A stretch of 16,848 bases of DNA. It comes from Adineta steineri. Taxonomy: Eukaryota. Both the position numbers and the translations under genes were made by a program. Shown in pieces: positions 12,607 through 16,848 of the stretch; position 1 is the first letter of the stretch; each line of letters begins with the position of its first letter. The notes under the pieces were generated by a model that was not told the DNA's origin, did no database searches, and was given only the letters and a program-made list of their open reading frames with translations. The stretch lies in assembly GCA_905250115.1 (NCBI GenBank), contig CAJNOI010000180.1:147689-164536 (forward strand). The letters are read 5' to 3'.

Positions 12607-13600
12607 ATGAGGTAAAACATTTTCTTCTTTCTTTCTTTCTTTTATTTTTTCGTTACATTAAATCTAGTCGTCAAGATCACCCACATTATGATAAACATGA
12701 TGATGTTTTAAAAGCAATTTGGAGTATTGATCGATCAGCTTCATCAGATGCGAAATTATCTAAATTAAAAGAAGCTGTTTCAAAAAGTTCAGCTTCGAAA
12801 GTAGTTGATATTTATGATGAAAAAAGTGGTGAATCAAGAGCTCAAGTTCCACCATTGATAATTGCTTGTTTTGAAGGAGATTATGATACAATTAAATTTT
12901 TACTTGATAATGGTGCTGATCCAAATCAAACTGAAAGTGAACATAATTTAACTGGAATTCATATACTTGTTGATGGACCCTATAAAGGTCAAACATTAAC
13001 TGAAAAACAACGAGCTGATCTTATACGAGAAATGGTTAAAAAAGGTGCTGATGTTAATCATCCTGATAAACATTCATTAACACCAGTTCATAAAGTTGCT
13101 ATAAATGATCGGCCAGAATGTTTAGATGCATTAATTGAAGCGAAAGTTAACCCAAATGCTGTTTTTCTTGGTGAAAGAGCAATTAGTATTGCTGCAAGAC
13201 AAAATCGGGATGGAATATTACAAAGATTAGTTGATTATCCAGCAACAGAAAAGGATGTGAAAAATGAAACTGGTGGATCTGTTTTACATTTTGCTGCTGC
13301 TGGTTTGTTTTGATTTGTTATTAAAATCAAATTATTTTCTTTTTATTTCTATAAATAGGAATGGTTGATAGTCCTCAATGTGTTGATATATTAATAAAAG
13401 CTGGTTTAGATTTAAATTGTCAAGATCAAAGAGGCAATACTGCATTAATGGTTGCTTGTTTTTTTAATAAACCAAATATTGTTAAATCACTTGTTAATGC
13501 TAAAGCAGATGCAACAATTAAAAATAAGGAAGACAAAGATGCTGCAGCTCTTTGTGATGAAAGAGATGCTGCTGATTGTAAAGCTCTACTTCCAAAATAA
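12607..13600 (+). CDS. Ankyrin-repeat protein
   Basis: Splice model: 12607-12611 (ATG AG), 12668-13302, 13359-13600 (293 aa), in frame with GT-AG introns. Ankyrin units: VPPLIIACFEGDYDTIKFLLDNGADPNQ, HSLTPVHKVAINDRPECLDALIEAKVNPN, GGSVLHFAAAGMVDSPQCVDILIKAGLDLNCQDQRGNTALMVACFFNKPNIVKSLVNAKADATIKNKE. Confidence 0.88.
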
Positions 13601-13700
13601 TTCATTCTCAATTGATTTTATTTGAACTTTTTTCCTTTTTCTCCTTTCTTTCTTCCACCTCTTTTTTTTTGAAAAATCTCTATTGAAAATCAATAAAATA

Positions 13701-14423
13701 TTAAATCCGAGAATCAAATTGTAAATGTTGTAAAACAGAATTATAAGTTAAATGCGAACAATCCTCATTTGATTTTAGTTTTTGTCTAATTAATGTTGAA
13801 CTAATATCATTTTGAATATTATCTCCATCTAATGAAATAAAATAAAGTTTACGAGTATTCTCCTTGATAAATGATTGAATAAGTGATTTATCTTGTCCAT
13901 ATCTATAAACAACAGCAACACCACCCATCGTTCCTTGTCTTAAACCATTCATTCCTTTACAACGATTAAATAAATCTAAACCAGCAACATAAATCACTTT
14001 TATTGGTTTATCTAATCTGATTTTTTCATTAAGAAACATTTGAAGACTTGATGCAACTTTATTTAAATTAATAAAGTTTGAAGCTAAACATTCAGCTTTA
14101 TCAACAGTTAACCAATGTTGTTGATTTTCTTCTTGAATAGCATTTTGACACATTTCAATTCTTAATTGACCATGAAGAAGTTCATCTCCTAATTTATTTC
14201 CAACATAATGATCATGTGTTGGTGATAAATATCCTCCAATAACATTGAAATTATAAATTTCTTCTAAATATTTTTTTGTTTGAATCATATTTGATATATG
14301 AGATCGATGAATTGGATTTAATGAACCTGTTTTTAATAAAACAACATTTTCTTTGCCATTTGATTTAACATTATTTAAATTTGAAAGAATTATTGATAAA
14401 TCCGTTGTTAACTCTGAATGCAT
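13701..14423 (-). CDS. Nicotinamide/nicotinate mononucleotide adenylyltransferase-like nucleotidyltransferase
   Basis: Single-exon 240 aa ORF. It has the nucleotidyltransferase signature VVLLKTGSLNPIHRSH, then VIGGYLSPTHDHY, HWLTVDKAEC, KVIYVAGLDLF and the C-terminal ISSTLIR motif, in the order seen in eukaryotic NMNATs. Confidence 0.82.
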   Translation of the reverse strand: MHSELTTDLSIILSNLNNVKSNGKENVVLLKTGSLNPIHRSHISNMIQTKKYLEEIYNFNVIGGYLSPTHDHYVGNKLGDELLHGQLRIEMCQNAIQEENQQHWLTVDKAECLASNFINLNKVASSLQMFLNEKIRLDKPIKVIYVAGLDLFNRCKGMNGLRQGTMGGVAVVYRYGQDKSLIQSFIKENTRKLYFISLDGDNIQNDISSTLIRQKLKSNEDCSHLTYNSVLQHLQFDSRI

Positions 14424-14565
14424 TTCTAGTTCTTAAATATTTCGAAATAAAAAGTAAATTTGACGTCATGTTACTCTTATGAGACACTGTGTCAATATTG
14501 TCATTACAATTTTTATATAGAGGTCTCTCAAAATGCATTCATCTCTTTAATTGAAAAAAACATAG

Positions 14566-14847
14566 ATGGCATCCATCTCTCGGATAATCGATAGATCTCA
14601 ATGGCTACAAATATATTTATCTATTCTCTTGTTTTTCCTTCTAGAATATATTACGAAGATGAGTTCTTCAATTCCTGAAAAAGGAAGTGATGTTGCAAAT
14701 GAAAAATTACTTGAAATGGGTTGTAAAACATCTACATCTACAGAAGAGAATTCAAAATCAAGTCAATCAAATAGTCATGTTAATTCATCATTAGCTGGTG
14801 GAATTACAATTGGACCTCCAATTGATCAAAATCAAATAAACAAATAG
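14566..14847 (+). CDS. Small orphan ORF, unknown function. The true coding start may be the internal ATG near 14659.
   Basis: 93-codon ORF MASISRIIDRSQWLQ...MSSSIPEKGSDVANEKLLEMGCKTSTSTEENSKSSQSNSHVNSSLAGGITIGPPIDQNQINK. The sequence cttgtttttccttctag at ~14628-14644 looks like a splice acceptor just before the internal ATG, so the upstream part may be an intron. Confidence 0.4.
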   Translation: MASISRIIDRSQWLQIYLSILLFFLLEYITKMSSSIPEKGSDVANEKLLEMGCKTSTSTEENSKSSQSNSHVNSSLAGGITIGPPIDQNQINK

Positions 14848-14896
14848 AACATTAGTCTAGTAGTTTTGTTTTTTCTTTTTTAATAATAATAAAATA

Positions 14897-15982
14897 TTAA
14901 ATAAGATCATATCTAATCCATCTTTCCCAAGCCCAAGGTATACTAAATATTAATTTATGTGTATTTGTTAAAGATTGTTGTAAACAACAATATTTATGAT
15001 TAATTATTTGACGTAAAGAATTTAATCTATGGGAAGCAAATTGAATAATTCGAATATATTTTATTAAATTTGTTTCGTATAATCTTTCAATAACATCATA
15101 TTCACAACCTTCACAATTCATATGTAATAAATTTAATTCACCATTTATTATCGTTTCTGTTTTTAATAAAAAATTAAATTCAAATAAGATTTCATAAATA
15201 TCTCGAAGAATAATTTCATATTTTAAAACTTTATCAATCTTTTCATGTTTATTTAATATATTAACGAGAGATAAAGCTTGTGATTCTTTAATATCATTTA
15301 ATGTTATTGGAATAATTTGTGTTTTATTTGATAAACCAATATTAAATAAATGATGTTTACCAGTTTTTAATATTTCTAGAATTTCTTTTGAATGAATTAA
15401 TTTATCATAAAATATTGGAATTGGTTCAAAAAACCAAACTTGACAATTTTTATTCTGTCGAATTAAATGTAAACCGTCTGTTCCAAATTCATTTGCACCA
15501 CAATAAATAATTTGACATGATGAATCTATTGATGTTGATATTAATTTTGTAAATGGTTTATAACGATCATCTTCATTCCAATAAGTTGATTGATTTACTA
15601 ATGTTTCATTTTCTTTTTTTAACATAAGATATGTTTCAATTCCATTGGAAATTTCTTTATTATGTGTTATATCATTAGAATATTTTAAACATATTTTATA
15701 AGAATTTAATGAAATATCACATTGAAATTTTGAAGTTGTTTTATTTACATTATCTGTAACAATTGAATTATTTGAATTCGACAATAAATATAAAATAAAT
15801 ATTATACAAATACAAATACATAAAATAATTGTTCGACAATGAATTCTATACCTCATCGATGTTATTCGATAAGATTTTCGAATCATTCTTGATAATATCA
15901 TTGTAGAATTATTTGTCAAATAAAATAAAACGAAAGAGCTATGAAGTATTTTATCATGACGCACTTTTTTTTCACAGTTCAT
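14897..15982 (-). CDS. FkbM-family methyltransferase-like protein with an N-terminal membrane anchor
   Basis: 361 aa ORF. The predicted TM segment is TIILCICICIIFILYLL. FkbM-like motifs are QIIYCGANEFGTDGLHLIRQNKNCQVWFFEPIPIFYDKL and LLHMNCEGCEYDVIERLYETNLI. The start could be at one of several early Met residues. Confidence 0.75.
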   Translation of the reverse strand: MNCEKKVRHDKILHSSFVLFYLTNNSTMILSRMIRKSYRITSMRYRIHCRTIILCICICIIFILYLLSNSNNSIVTDNVNKTTSKFQCDISLNSYKICLKYSNDITHNKEISNGIETYLMLKKENETLVNQSTYWNEDDRYKPFTKLISTSIDSSCQIIYCGANEFGTDGLHLIRQNKNCQVWFFEPIPIFYDKLIHSKEILEILKTGKHHLFNIGLSNKTQIIPITLNDIKESQALSLVNILNKHEKIDKVLKYEIILRDIYEILFEFNFLLKTETIINGELNLLHMNCEGCEYDVIERLYETNLIKYIRIIQFASHRLNSLRQIINHKYCCLQQSLTNTHKLIFSIPWAWERWIRYDLI

Positions 15983-16304
15983 TGATCGCTAAGCAATTTT
16001 GATAAAATAATATGTTCATCGACGATATTGATGTGCATGAATAGACAAAAAGAGAACATACATTTATTTTATTAAATTAAACAAAAAACTAAATATTGAT
16101 TTTAATCAAAGAAATGATGAATTATAAAATATAGGATATGAATATCTTTTAACAGATGTAGTGAGTGTTGTCACTATTGTACTTATTGATTATGTAATTA
16201 TTACTTGATTCATTTTTTGTTCGACATGTTAGCGAGTCGATTTTATTGTTTTTTTTATAATAGAGAACAAGATGTTCATTTTATTATCAAGAAAAATAAA
16301 ATTG

Positions 16305-16820
16305 TCAGAAACTGACACCCAAATTAATATCTCTCACTTCAGCGGCTGCGCGTAGTTTGTCCTTGTTTTCTTCCGATATAGTATTGCCAACCAACATGAG
16401 TCCCGCTAATGTGCTATTTATTTTAAATAGATCTAATATCATATCGACACTTTCATCCGTAATTTGATTGTATGTTAGATCAACGACTATAAGTGTTTTA
16501 TTTTGGTGACTAAGTGCTTGACACAATTCTATCATTCCTCGATCACTAATATTATTGGCACCCAAGTACAGATCTGTGATTGTTTGGTTCACTTTTAGCA
16601 TTTCAGCAAGGTACGAAACACCATCATCAGTAATGTTGTTTAAGTGTAGGTGGAGTACGTTACAGTTTTTATTTGATTGTAGTTCTTTTACAAGGATTTT
16701 TATATTTTCATCAGTCAGTTGTTGAGCATTTAAATCCCAGTTCGACTCATTTTTAAGTGTGGCGATTGATTCCAAAATATTTGCATCGCTATTAGTAGTT
16801 TCTGTGTTACTCATGTTCAA
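16305..16820 (-). CDS. Leucine-rich-repeat protein, ribonuclease-inhibitor/NLRC3-like LRR type
   Basis: 171 aa ORF with LRR units of the LxLxxNxIxDxG type: NVLHLHLNNITDDGVSYLAEMLKVNQTITDLYLGANNISDRGMIELCQALSHQNKTLIVVDLTYNQITDESVDMILDLFKINSTLAGLMLVGNTISEENKDKL. Confidence 0.85.
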   Translation of the reverse strand: MNMSNTETTNSDANILESIATLKNESNWDLNAQQLTDENIKILVKELQSNKNCNVLHLHLNNITDDGVSYLAEMLKVNQTITDLYLGANNISDRGMIELCQALSHQNKTLIVVDLTYNQITDESVDMILDLFKINSTLAGLMLVGNTISEENKDKLRAAAEVRDINLGVSF

Positions 16821-16848
16821 TGAAATAACAAGTGTTGTCTTTTTTTTT

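Overview
Eukaryotic window, AT-rich, with very short (~45-70 bp) GT-AG introns. Gene structure, TGTGGG-like motifs and protein content look like a bdelloid rotifer, but that taxon call is inference. Positions 1 to ~5.9 kb look like a gene-poor, mobile-element-rich flank. It holds a 343-bp TA-flanked element with 16-bp terminal inverted repeats, an ~832-bp hAT-like non-autonomous element with 12-bp TIRs and an 8-bp target site duplication, a diverged long inverted repeat, and three snap-back modules built on telomere-like GGGTGTGGG sequence. From ~6 kb onward the window is gene-dense. It contains a 14-exon MAP4K4/TNIK/MINK1/misshapen-type kinase with a C-terminal CNH domain, a 6-exon Pax2/5/8-like gene with what looks like a near full-length but decayed homeodomain, and a 3-exon ankyrin-repeat gene. 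These are followed by a divergent NMNAT-like nucleotidyltransferase (-), a small orphan ORF (+), a membrane-anchored FkbM-type methyltransferase (-) and an RI-type leucine-rich-repeat protein (-). I found no CRISPR array, no tRNA or rRNA, and no clear new defence-like system. The best leads are the decayed Pax homeodomain, the two precisely bounded non-autonomous transposons, and the telomere-like snap-back modules.
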